DNA of 51,938 nucleotides from an uncultured Gammaproteobacteria bacterium (GTDB lineage: Bacteria > Patescibacteriota > Microgenomatia > UBA8517). Shown piece by piece: positions 29,120-37,750 of the stretch. The notes under the pieces were generated by a model, which had not been told where the DNA came from, did not search any database, and saw only the letters and a list, made by a program, of their open reading frames with translations. Positions within the stretch are counted from its first letter, which is position 1. Each line of letters starts with the position of its first letter. The stretch is taken from NCBI GenBank assembly GCA_964420735.1, contig CAYQUL010000001.1:1-51938 (forward strand), given 5' to 3'. The position numbers and the translations under genes are program-made.

Positions 29120-31198
29120 ATGCGTATAAAGATATCGTTATTTGTCGGAGCACTCTTCTTTCTTGTTGCTCTAGCTACACTTCCTCACTATGGCATTAAT
29201 TGGGACACAATAAATCACCTCCCGAGAGGACAAGCATATTTGCGTTATATGCTTACTGGCAAAACTAACTACGCCGATATGCCGGTTCATTTTCAAGATT
29301 GGTTCAAGTCAAGTGACTGGTTTTTTCAGGATCCGTCAGCACTTTTTATTAAAACAAATTTGCCTGAAGGACAGTTTGTAGACAGAAGCTACTATCAAAA
29401 TGATGGACTAAATTATGAGTACTTTATTGAGCATGATGGGGGAGGACATCCTCCACTCAGTGATATTTTATCTGCGGCAACTAACCGACTTCTTTACTCA
29501 AAGTTACATTTGGTTAATGATGTTGATGCCTACCGTGTGTATGGAATAGCGCTTGCCGCAGCACTCGTGTCCCTCGTTTACTTCTGGACATCACAAAAAT
29601 ACGGCACAGGTGCAGGTCTTGTCGCGTCACTGTCACTTGCAACATATCCACTTTTTTGGTCAGAATCCCACTTTAACACCGAGAAAGATATTCCTGAGGC
29701 TGTTTTTTGGTCATTCTTTCTTTTCACTTTTTGGAAGGCTATAAATACCAAAAAACTCTTGTGGTTTACTCTGTCAGGTGTCTTTGCAGGACTCGCACTT
29801 GGAACAAAATTTAATATTCTGTTTAGTATTTTTGTAATTGTTCCATGGTTTGTCTTTTATCTTTTCAATCAAAAGCACAAAGTCCGCTTTACACTTTTAT
29901 TTTTTAAGAGTGTAAAAACATGGGTGGGTTTTCTGTTGGTGCCTTGCCTTATGTTTGGCATCTTTGTGCTTTTTTGGCCATATCTTTGGGCTGACCCCAT
30001 CGGTCGTGTTCAGTCAGTAATTTCCTTTTACAAGGAAATTGGAACCACAACATCTGAGGTTTCTCGTTACACAACTATTTTTGGATTTAACACGTTTCCA
30101 CTCGTTTGGATTATAACGACAACGCCACTTATTGTTTTATTTTTGTCAGCCATTGGTATTGTCTACTCGTTACTTAATTTAAAGAAACATGAAGATAAAT
30201 TTGAATTATTAATTCTTTTGTGGCTAGCTGTTCCCATTCTTCGGGTTGTTTGGCCGCATGCAAGCACTTATGGAGGAGTTAGACAACTGATGGAGTACAT
30301 CCCTGCTTTGGCAATTTTTTCTGGGATTGGATATGCAGGTCTTTTGTCCTTTTCTAAAAAGTACATATATGCTGTTCCTGCTGTTCTTGCTGTGGTTACT
30401 TTTGGATTTGTTGTTTTAATTACTACCCTTGTTTCAATACATCCAAATGAAAATGTTTATTTTAATGGTTTAATTGGTGGACTCTCCGGTGCAAAGAAAC
30501 AAGATTTGCCGTACTGGGGCTTTAGTTTTGGAACACCATACAGAGAGGCTGTAACCTGGATTAATCAAAATGTAGAACAAGACGCAACGCTTGTCTTTGC
30601 CTATGAACTGATACCAAATTTTCCTAGATTGTGGTTGCGGCCTGATATCAAGCTAATTAATGCTGAGCGGAGTGGATATTTGATGAAAGGAGAGTATGCA
30701 ATTACCCTAAATTATCAAGGAACTGACACACGTTCATATTACGATCTTTTTTTAAATCGCTTCATAAGCCCAGTGTACACAGCACAAGTTGATGGTGTAC
30801 CAATTGTTTCTGTATGGAAAAACGACAAAGAACACTTAACTCAAAAAGTTGAGGAACACGAAGTGTCTGGTGCGAAGTTTGAGACAAGTGAGACAAGCAT
30901 TCTTATTTCGCTTAAGTCACCTGTTAATCTGTGGCGAGTAGAGATAGATTATTTTGAGAAGGACTGCAAAGGATTGGTCTGGGGATATACGCAGACTTCT
31001 CTTGACACAAAAACTTGGACCCGTTTGCCAGGCACTCTTCCAGACGATTGGAGAATCTCGGCCATGGGTGAACAGCCTAAGGCAGGACGCTTTATAGAGC
31101 CATTTGTAGGGGACAGCGCACAGTACATTCGGTTTATGGTAAACCCAAGTAACACTTGTTTAAAAAACATTAAGAAGCTAAAAGTTATTTCTCTTTAA
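29120..31198 (+). CDS. GT-C membrane glycosyltransferase (PMT_2-like) with C-terminal discoidin-like beta-sandwich
   Basis: 'GINWDTINH' loop, 'GGGHPPLSDIL' (HPPL block), 'LGTKFN'. The C-terminal 116 aa (30848-31195) contain 'LWRVEIDY...TSLDTKTWTRL...SAQYIRFMV'. Confidence 0.7.
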   Translation: MRIKISLFVGALFFLVALATLPHYGINWDTINHLPRGQAYLRYMLTGKTNYADMPVHFQDWFKSSDWFFQDPSALFIKTNLPEGQFVDRSYYQNDGLNYEYFIEHDGGGHPPLSDILSAATNRLLYSKLHLVNDVDAYRVYGIALAAALVSLVYFWTSQKYGTGAGLVASLSLATYPLFWSESHFNTEKDIPEAVFWSFFLFTFWKAINTKKLLWFTLSGVFAGLALGTKFNILFSIFVIVPWFVFYLFNQKHKVRFTLLFFKSVKTWVGFLLVPCLMFGIFVLFWPYLWADPIGRVQSVISFYKEIGTTTSEVSRYTTIFGFNTFPLVWIITTTPLIVLFLSAIGIVYSLLNLKKHEDKFELLILLWLAVPILRVVWPHASTYGGVRQLMEYIPALAIFSGIGYAGLLSFSKKYIYAVPAVLAVVTFGFVVLITTLVSIHPNENVYFNGLIGGLSGAKKQDLPYWGFSFGTPYREAVTWINQNVEQDATLVFAYELIPNFPRLWLRPDIKLINAERSGYLMKGEYAITLNYQGTDTRSYYDLFLNRFISPVYTAQVDGVPIVSVWKNDKEHLTQKVEEHEVSGAKFETSETSILISLKSPVNLWRVEIDYFEKDCKGLVWGYTQTSLDTKTWTRLPGTLPDDWRISAMGEQPKAGRFIEPFVGDSAQYIRFMVNPSNTCLKNIKKLKVISL

Positions 31199-32133
31199 AG
31201 AAGCTTTTTCTTTATTATTTTCTCTACACTCTCCCGTTTTTGGTTAAAGCTTGTGATCATTTCGCCCATTAGTCCTGTGACAATAAGCTGCACTCCAATA
31301 ATCATTAGAAGCATGCCAAGAATAAGCAATGGCTGGTGAAAGTTAATTCCACCTGTCGTGATACGCAAATAGGTTATATAAAGCCCAATTGCAAATCCTC
31401 CTGAAAAAGAGATTAGTCCAAGACCACCAAAAAAGTGACCTGGACGGCGAACATATCCTGTTAAGAATACTACGGTTAATAAATCAAGAAACCCTTTGAT
31501 ATTTCGTTCTATACCAAATTTTGATTTTCCAAATTTACGAGGATTGTGTTTTACAACAATTTCACCAACCCTAAAGTTTTGTTTTGCGGCCAAAACTGGT
31601 ATGAATCGATATTGCTCACCATATAGGTTTAGTGACTCGACAACCTCTCTTCTATATACCTTGTATCCGCAGTTAGTGTCATGTACTTCAACACCAGTAA
31701 CTTTTCGGATAATAAAATTTAAAATTCGAGAAGGAATAACCTTTGAAACTGGGTCATGTCTCACTTTCTTCCACCCAGATACTAAGTCATACCCTTCATT
31801 GAGTTTCTTTAAGAAGTGGGGTATCTCGTTTGGCTCATCTTGCAAGTCAGCATCCATCGTAAAAATGATCTCTCCTTTTGCATGCATAAATCCCGTCTCA
31901 AGCGCCATGGACTTTCCCCAATTTCCTCGAAGTGCTAATACCTTTATGTTTTTGTTTGCTTTCCTTAAAGCTGTGAGTCTTGCAAGTGTTTCGTCCGTTG
32001 ACCCATCGTCAACAAAAATAATTTCGTAACCTGCTTTGATTTTTGCACACACCTCAACGATTCTTTTTGCAAGAATTGATACAGAGTCTTCTTCGTTTTT
32101 TGCTGGTATAACAAAACTAATCATATCTTTCAT
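31195..32133 (-). CDS. Polyprenol-phosphate glycosyltransferase (GT2, GtrB/ArnC/DPM1-like) with C-terminal TM pair
   Basis: 'ISFVIPAKNEEDSV', 'IIFVDDGSTDET', 'TMDADLQDEP', 'HDTNCGYKVYRREV', plus two C-terminal TM helices. Confidence 0.85.
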   Translation of the reverse strand: MKDMISFVIPAKNEEDSVSILAKRIVEVCAKIKAGYEIIFVDDGSTDETLARLTALRKANKNIKVLALRGNWGKSMALETGFMHAKGEIIFTMDADLQDEPNEIPHFLKKLNEGYDLVSGWKKVRHDPVSKVIPSRILNFIIRKVTGVEVHDTNCGYKVYRREVVESLNLYGEQYRFIPVLAAKQNFRVGEIVVKHNPRKFGKSKFGIERNIKGFLDLLTVVFLTGYVRRPGHFFGGLGLISFSGGFAIGLYITYLRITTGGINFHQPLLILGMLLMIIGVQLIVTGLMGEMITSFNQKRESVEKIIKKKLL

Positions 32134-32176
32134 ACAAATGGCCCCTTTTCGTGTATGATATCACTAGACTCGTTCT

Positions 32177-32989
32177 ATGCCAAAAGTAACCGTAATTATA
32201 ACTACAAAAAACTCGGCAAGTACACTTTCCGAGCTCCTTTTAAGTCTCAAGAAACAGACACATAAGGATTTTGAAACAATCGTTGTTGATAACTCCTCTA
32301 CTGACAACACAGAGAAAGTCACTCGACTTTACACAGACCTGTTTTTTACTCATGGTCCCGAGCGAAGTGCCCAACGAAATTTTGGCGCTAAAAAAGCTCA
32401 AGGGAAATATCTTTTTTTCCTAGACTCCGACATGAAGCTAGCACCAACTGTTATTTCTGACTGTGTCGAAGCTGTCTCTAGGGGAAAAAACATCGGGGGA
32501 GTTATCGTTCCGGAAAAATCTTTTGGACAAAACTTTTGGGCCAAAGCTAAGGCGTTTGAACGGGAGATAAATGAAGGTGAATCTTACTTCGAAGCCGCAC
32601 GCTTTTTTCCAAAGGCTGTTTTTATTGAGTTTGGAGGATATGAGTCATCAATAACCGGGCCTGAAGACTGGGATCTACCAAAAAGAATAGCAAAGAAGTA
32701 TGTCATCTCACGAGTTTCAAGTTATATTCTTCATAATGAAGGGTCACCAACTCCGGTCAAGCTTATGAAACGCAAATATTATTACGGTTTGTCTGCATAT
32801 GCGTATTTATCTAAAAACAATATACCGACATTCAGCACACAGACTGTCTACTTTTTGCGCCCTGCCTTTTACCGACAATGGCGAAAACTTCTCTCAAAAC
32901 CGCTCTTAACTTCTGGTATGATTTGGCTTCTTTTTATGGAAACTCTTGGGGGTGCTGTTGGTTACCTTCGCGGTCGATACTCAATATGA
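32177..32989 (+). CDS. GT2 family glycosyltransferase
   Basis: 'VTVIITTKNSASTL', 'IVVDNSSTDNT', 'FLDSDM', 'GPEDWDL'. Confidence 0.8.
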   Translation: MPKVTVIITTKNSASTLSELLLSLKKQTHKDFETIVVDNSSTDNTEKVTRLYTDLFFTHGPERSAQRNFGAKKAQGKYLFFLDSDMKLAPTVISDCVEAVSRGKNIGGVIVPEKSFGQNFWAKAKAFEREINEGESYFEAARFFPKAVFIEFGGYESSITGPEDWDLPKRIAKKYVISRVSSYILHNEGSPTPVKLMKRKYYYGLSAYAYLSKNNIPTFSTQTVYFLRPAFYRQWRKLLSKPLLTSGMIWLLFMETLGGAVGYLRGRYSI

Positions 32990-34008
32990 ATAAACCACTT
33001 GTTTCAATTGTAATTGTTAATTTCAATGGATATGAAGTGTTAGTTTCCTGCCTTAAAAGTATCGAAAAACTTGATTATGCGAACTTTGAAGTGTTAATTG
33101 TTGATAATGGTTCAACTGACAAGTCACTCTCTTTTCTTGAAGCTCTCGACTCAAAGCAAGTAAAGCTTATTAAGAGCCCTAAAAATGTCGGATTTGCCAG
33201 TGGAAACAATCTTGCGTTGCCAAGTGTTAAGGGGGAGTATCTACTTCTTTTAAACAACGACACTGTGGTTCCTCACAATTTACTCACCGTTTTAGTAAAT
33301 AAGCTTGAGTCTGACAAGTCAATTGGGGCACTGCAACCAAAAATCAAATTTATGGATAAGCCGGACATTCTTGACAACGCTGGTGCTTACTTAAATCGGT
33401 TGGGGCTGACCGTTCACTGGGGCTTTGGTGAGCATGACCGCGATGAGTTTGACCACGAAAGTGAAATTTTTAGTGCCAAAGGGGCGTGCCTTATGACTCG
33501 CACTGCTCTTGTTAAAACGATAGGATTGTTTGATGACAATTTTGGGTCATATTTTGAAGAAAGCGATTTTTGCTGGAGAGTTTGGCTATCTGGCTACCGC
33601 GTTTTATATTACCCTTCAGTCTCAATTTTACATAAGGTTGGTTTTACCAGTCAAAAAATGGATACCGTTGTCGTGATGCTTAACTCGACTAAGAATAGAA
33701 TTTTCTCTTTATTCAAAAATCTATCGACTGTAAACCTTTTCACTATTTTTTTACCACATGTGTTTTTTTTACTAGGACTTGGAACATATTATTTGCTTAG
33801 GTTACAGTTTAAAAAGTCTTGGATGATCTATGGGGCAATTTGGTGGAACATTACTCACTTGACACTTCTTCTTCGTTCAAGAAACCAGACACAAAAACTA
33901 AGAGCAAGATCTGATACAGACATTTTTGTAGTCATCATGAAGCCCCTTGATCTAAAGGCTCTTTTTTCTCACTTCAAAAAGGTAGAGGCAAATTTAGATA
34001 GAACCTGA
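32986..34008 (+). CDS. GT2 family glycosyltransferase (WbbL-like) with C-terminal TM segment
   Basis: 'VSIVIVNFNG', 'LIVDNGSTDKS', 'LLNNDT', 'FEESDFCWR'. ATG at 32986 forms an ATGA overlap, so the 32878 extension is rejected. Confidence 0.8.
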   Translation: MNKPLVSIVIVNFNGYEVLVSCLKSIEKLDYANFEVLIVDNGSTDKSLSFLEALDSKQVKLIKSPKNVGFASGNNLALPSVKGEYLLLLNNDTVVPHNLLTVLVNKLESDKSIGALQPKIKFMDKPDILDNAGAYLNRLGLTVHWGFGEHDRDEFDHESEIFSAKGACLMTRTALVKTIGLFDDNFGSYFEESDFCWRVWLSGYRVLYYPSVSILHKVGFTSQKMDTVVVMLNSTKNRIFSLFKNLSTVNLFTIFLPHVFFLLGLGTYYLLRLQFKKSWMIYGAIWWNITHLTLLLRSRNQTQKLRARSDTDIFVVIMKPLDLKALFSHFKKVEANLDRT

Positions 34009-34020
34009 TACAGTACACAT

Positions 34021-34689
34021 ATGAAAACATTCCCTAAAACAATTCCCATTAACGGTCGTGTTCGTGTCTGTCTTGAATTTTTGCGGAAGCAAGGAATTAA
34101 AGGCAAGAAAATCGTTGATGTTGGTTCAACTTTTGGTTGGCTTGCGCGGGAAATTGAGAAAGACAACCCAAAGACATATGTCGGTGTTGAGCCAAACGCG
34201 GAAGCAGTCACTTTTTCAAAGAAAAACGCAAAATATGCTACCTTCTTTGAAGGGGATGCGGCACACTTGCCGATAAAAGACGCTTCTGCAGACTTAGCTG
34301 TGTTTTTTGATGTTATTGAGCATGTACCAGAAAACACGGAAATAGAGTGCTTAAAGGAAATTAACCGAGTACTTGTTCCTAAAGGTACGCTTCTTCTCTC
34401 AACGCCATTTGATCATCCAATAACTAAGTTACTAGACCCCGCATATTATTTTGGCCACCGACATTACACCAAAGAAGGACTTACTGCTCTCTTAAAGTCA
34501 GCGGGCTTTGCGCTAGACACATTTGAAGTCCGAGGTGAAATCGTTTCACTTTTGTATATGATTTTGTTCTACATCAGTAAATGGGTATTCAATAAAGACT
34601 TGAATGGAAGTTTCATTCAGAAACTTGATGACCAGTCCTATTCAAAAAACGGTATTGCGACTGTTTACCTAAAGGCAACTAAGAAGTAG
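34021..34689 (+). CDS. Class I SAM-dependent methyltransferase
   Basis: 'IVDVGSTFGWLAREI', 'LAVFFDVIEHVPEN', 'LVPKGTLLLSTP'. Confidence 0.8.
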   Translation: MKTFPKTIPINGRVRVCLEFLRKQGIKGKKIVDVGSTFGWLAREIEKDNPKTYVGVEPNAEAVTFSKKNAKYATFFEGDAAHLPIKDASADLAVFFDVIEHVPENTEIECLKEINRVLVPKGTLLLSTPFDHPITKLLDPAYYFGHRHYTKEGLTALLKSAGFALDTFEVRGEIVSLLYMILFYISKWVFNKDLNGSFIQKLDDQSYSKNGIATVYLKATKK

Positions 34690-36297
34690 CTATTTTGTTT
34701 TTCGAAGAATTTTTGTGGGGATTGATTGGCCCATTGAGTGCTCAAACTGTTGTAATCTATTGTGTGCAATTTGATTTAATCCAAGACGCTCTCTTGTATA
34801 CCCTTCTGCAACCTCTCTCATTTTAACTAGTTCCAGGGCTGAGAGATTGTCTGTCCAAACAAATGCGGTATATTCACCAGGAACTCCTTTGTAATAGTTG
34901 GCATCCTTCAAGTAATCAACTTCGCTACTCCATAAACGTGCAACTTCATCTGTTTTTCTGTTTCGTATTTCATAGAGCCATGCATTTTTTTCAGGCACAT
35001 ATACAGAGTGATCAAAATATGGTGAGCCAGGGTATTGGGTTATGATTGTCCAATCTATGTCGTCGCCTGCTGTGAGGTTGTTTGAGGCCCACTCAATTGA
35101 TTCTCCAATGGTAGTTTCACTCTCACCAGGGTGACCTATGGACATCAAGGCTTTGAAACTTAAACCTGCATTGTGCGCAATGTCAACACAACGGCTATTA
35201 ATGTCACGACTAGTGTGCTTCTTCATGACGGAAAGGATCTTGTCGCTGCCAGACTCTACCCCTGAAAGTAAAATCTTAAAGCCTGCTTGGTTCATGAGCC
35301 GTGCCTGCTCTGGAGTAAATAGTTCTGCTTTTACAAAGCCTCTAAATCTCATTTCGTGTCCTAATTTCTCCTGCATTTCAATGAGCCCTGTACAAAGTTT
35401 TTCTAAGTTTGAAGGAGAGACGTTGAGTTCGTCGTCATAAAACATAACACCTCCGTAGGGGTCTTCCGTTTCAAGAGATGGAACAACTACTGACTCAATC
35501 TCTTTAATCACATCACCGATATCTCTTGTCCGTGCGATGCGAAACACTTGTGAATCACGCCCTCCACAGAAGCCACATTCAAAAGGACAACCCAATTGTC
35601 CGATTACTGAAAACGCTCGTCTTCCATCGATTGAATAATGATAACTATCTAAATCAATCAGGTGTCTTGCAGGATGCTCGTAGCTTTCAAGTGTTCCTTT
35701 TTGCAAAAATAGAGGTGACTTATTATTACTACTATCAATAATTTTTTTGTCGTTAGCCAGGTCGATTGCATAAAAAATTGCTTCTTCACCATCGCCTACA
35801 ACAATGCGATCAAATAAATTGGTCAACTGCATAAATGCATGTGTACCTCTTCCTTGTCGCCCAGTCCGTATATCCTCACGATATGCCGTATGAGTTAGTG
35901 TTGCATGAGGGCCACCAAGGATAACGGTTGATTCTTCCGATGTGGCTTGAATTGCCTGTGTAATAGCCGCCGCCGTTGGAATTTGAGGAGTTGTTGCTGT
36001 AATGCCGTAAACAGCATCTGTGTGGTCTACTGCATATTGTTTAACGATATCAAGATAATTTGTGTACCCTGACAAATCTAATACACTTGTTGGGTTCCCA
36101 TTTTGTGAAAGTTCAGCTGCAACTTTTAGTGGACCCAAAAAAGGGAAGACTCGTTCGTCAGCTAGAAAAGGGGATGGGGGAATGATTATGGTAACAGGAA
36201 TGTCCCGCACTTTCTCTTTTTGCTCAGCTAAAGGTGTTTCCTTTTCAAACGAAGTGAAATTTATTTCTGAAGTGGTTCTTCTTTCAACGATCGACAT
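34690..36297 (-). CDS. B12-binding-domain radical SAM enzyme (class B-like)
   Basis: CxxxCxxC cluster 'GCPFECGFCGG' (about 35563-35592 on the + strand). The N-terminal 'VTIIIPPSPFLADERVFPFLGPLKVAAEL' block is B12-binding-domain-like. ATG at 36297 (TTG at 36306 is possible). Confidence 0.75.
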   Translation of the reverse strand: MSIVERRTTSEINFTSFEKETPLAEQKEKVRDIPVTIIIPPSPFLADERVFPFLGPLKVAAELSQNGNPTSVLDLSGYTNYLDIVKQYAVDHTDAVYGITATTPQIPTAAAITQAIQATSEESTVILGGPHATLTHTAYREDIRTGRQGRGTHAFMQLTNLFDRIVVGDGEEAIFYAIDLANDKKIIDSSNNKSPLFLQKGTLESYEHPARHLIDLDSYHYSIDGRRAFSVIGQLGCPFECGFCGGRDSQVFRIARTRDIGDVIKEIESVVVPSLETEDPYGGVMFYDDELNVSPSNLEKLCTGLIEMQEKLGHEMRFRGFVKAELFTPEQARLMNQAGFKILLSGVESGSDKILSVMKKHTSRDINSRCVDIAHNAGLSFKALMSIGHPGESETTIGESIEWASNNLTAGDDIDWTIITQYPGSPYFDHSVYVPEKNAWLYEIRNRKTDEVARLWSSEVDYLKDANYYKGVPGEYTAFVWTDNLSALELVKMREVAEGYTRERLGLNQIAHNRLQQFEHSMGQSIPTKILRKTK

Positions 36298-36342
36298 AAT
36301 GCACAAGTATTATCCATACAGATGTGTGCGTCAAGTATCCCC

Positions 36343-37041
36343 CTATCGCAATTGCCACCAAAGCTTGAAAGCATTCAAAAACGTTGAGATGACCACTTTC
36401 CATTTTGCGTTTTTAACTTCTCCGGATATACGTGGATGATAATAACTAGGAGCTTCAATAATCCGAAGTCCTTTTTTTCTAAATCTTACTAGTATTTCAG
36501 TTAGGATAAAGATTCCTCCAAGAGCTTGTAGTTTTATTTTTTTGACGGCACTTGTTCTCCAAATATTTACCCATCCAACGTCCATATATTTAACGTCAAA
36601 AAGCAACAGAAGGAGGAGCAGATAGCCATATGAGAAGAAAATGCGTTTGGTTGCGTAGTCAGTTCTTCCACCTCTGTAACCAAGCACTAAGTCAGACTTG
36701 TCTAAAACATCAAAACAATGCCTCATGTCGTCTACTAGGAATTGTCCATCTGCTGGCATGTATGCCACGAATTCCTTTTTTGCTTTCTTTATACCCGCAA
36801 GCATTGCTCGACTAAAACCAACATTTTTTATCTGTCTTAGGACATGAACGTTCTTGTGCTTCAAGGTAAACTTGTCAGCAATTTGGGCAGTTTTATCATT
36901 GCTACCATCATCAACAACGATAATTTCCCAGTCCCTAGCATATTTAGGAAGTTTCTTTATTGAGTCTTGTATGATGAATTTGATGTTTTCCTCCTCATTA
37001 TAAGCAGGGATAACTATTGTGATTGAGTGTTTCATATTCAT
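36343..37041 (-). CDS. GT2 glycosyltransferase, DPM1-like
   Basis: 'ITIVIPAYNEEENI', 'IIVVDDGSNDKT', 'YMPADGQ'. Confidence 0.8.
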   Translation of the reverse strand: MNMKHSITIVIPAYNEEENIKFIIQDSIKKLPKYARDWEIIVVDDGSNDKTAQIADKFTLKHKNVHVLRQIKNVGFSRAMLAGIKKAKKEFVAYMPADGQFLVDDMRHCFDVLDKSDLVLGYRGGRTDYATKRIFFSYGYLLLLLLLFDVKYMDVGWVNIWRTSAVKKIKLQALGGIFILTEILVRFRKKGLRIIEAPSYYHPRISGEVKNAKWKVVISTFLNAFKLWWQLR

Positions 37042-37087
37042 TAGGCCAACTATAGCAGTCGTTTGGCATTTATTCTACAAATAAATT

Positions 37088-37096
37088 TGCTACAAT
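37088..37096 (+). promoter_or_regulatory. Extended -10 TGcTACAAT, 6 nt upstream of GTG 37103
   Basis: Lies in the 61-nt divergent intergenic region. Confidence 0.4.
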
Positions 37097-37102
37097 CGAC
37101 TT

Positions 37103-37750
37103 GTGAAGCAAAACGCTAAACAAACAGTAATCAATCTCTATAGTAAGGCAAGCTACACCAAAATATTTTCATATATTCGTTTCTGGGATGCACCATACAT
37201 GGAAGTTGAAAAAATAGTACCCAAAAAAGGGTCAATAGTGGAGCTTGGTTGTGGAGAAGGGCTTTTTAGTAATTTTCTAGCAGTTTCAGAGACCAAGCGA
37301 CGTGTTTTTGGCATTGAAATTGACAAGAATCGATTGATGAACGCTGACAAGGGAGTTAAGAACGCATCGTTTTCATATGGGGACATTACCAAGATCACAG
37401 TTCCATCTTGTGACACGATTGTATTGTTTCATGTCCTGCACCACCTCCATTCATATGCTTCTCAACACAACCTGTTGTCCCGATGTGCCCAGGCTTTAAA
37501 GAAAAACCACCAATTAATTGTTGTTGAAGTAGAACCACTTTTCTCGATTAAATATCTTACAACTTGGTTTACTGATCATTTTCTCGTGCCATGGCTTTTT
37601 GAAAAACGTTTTTATTCACCGATTTTTTTTAGAAGCCCAGAAGACTGGAAGGAATTATTAGTAGGACTTGGTTTTGAGGTTAAAGTAAAACGTTATCAAA
37701 AGGGGATGCCATTTTCACATATTGTTTATGAATGCACTAAAATTAAGTAA
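37103..37750 (+). CDS. Class I SAM-dependent methyltransferase
   Basis: 'IVELGCGEGLFSNFL' (motif I), 'TIVLFHVLHHL'. GTG start 6 nt after 'TGcTACAAT'. Confidence 0.7.
   Translation: MKQNAKQTVINLYSKASYTKIFSYIRFWDAPYMEVEKIVPKKGSIVELGCGEGLFSNFLAVSETKRRVFGIEIDKNRLMNADKGVKNASFSYGDITKITVPSCDTIVLFHVLHHLHSYASQHNLLSRCAQALKKNHQLIVVEVEPLFSIKYLTTWFTDHFLVPWLFEKRFYSPIFFRSPEDWKELLVGLGFEVKVKRYQKGMPFSHIVYECTKIK

Noticed and set aside
31496-32029. 177-aa ORF antisense to the GtrB-like gene.
   Set aside because: It is embedded in a strongly supported minus-strand GT2 gene, and its translation has no domain signature.
33969-36439. Other overlapping or antisense ORFs of 100-125 aa (33969-34337(-), 35138-35440(+), 36062-36439(+)).
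   Set aside because: Each overlaps a motif-supported gene (methyltransferase, radical SAM) on the other strand, and none has a start context or motif of its own.
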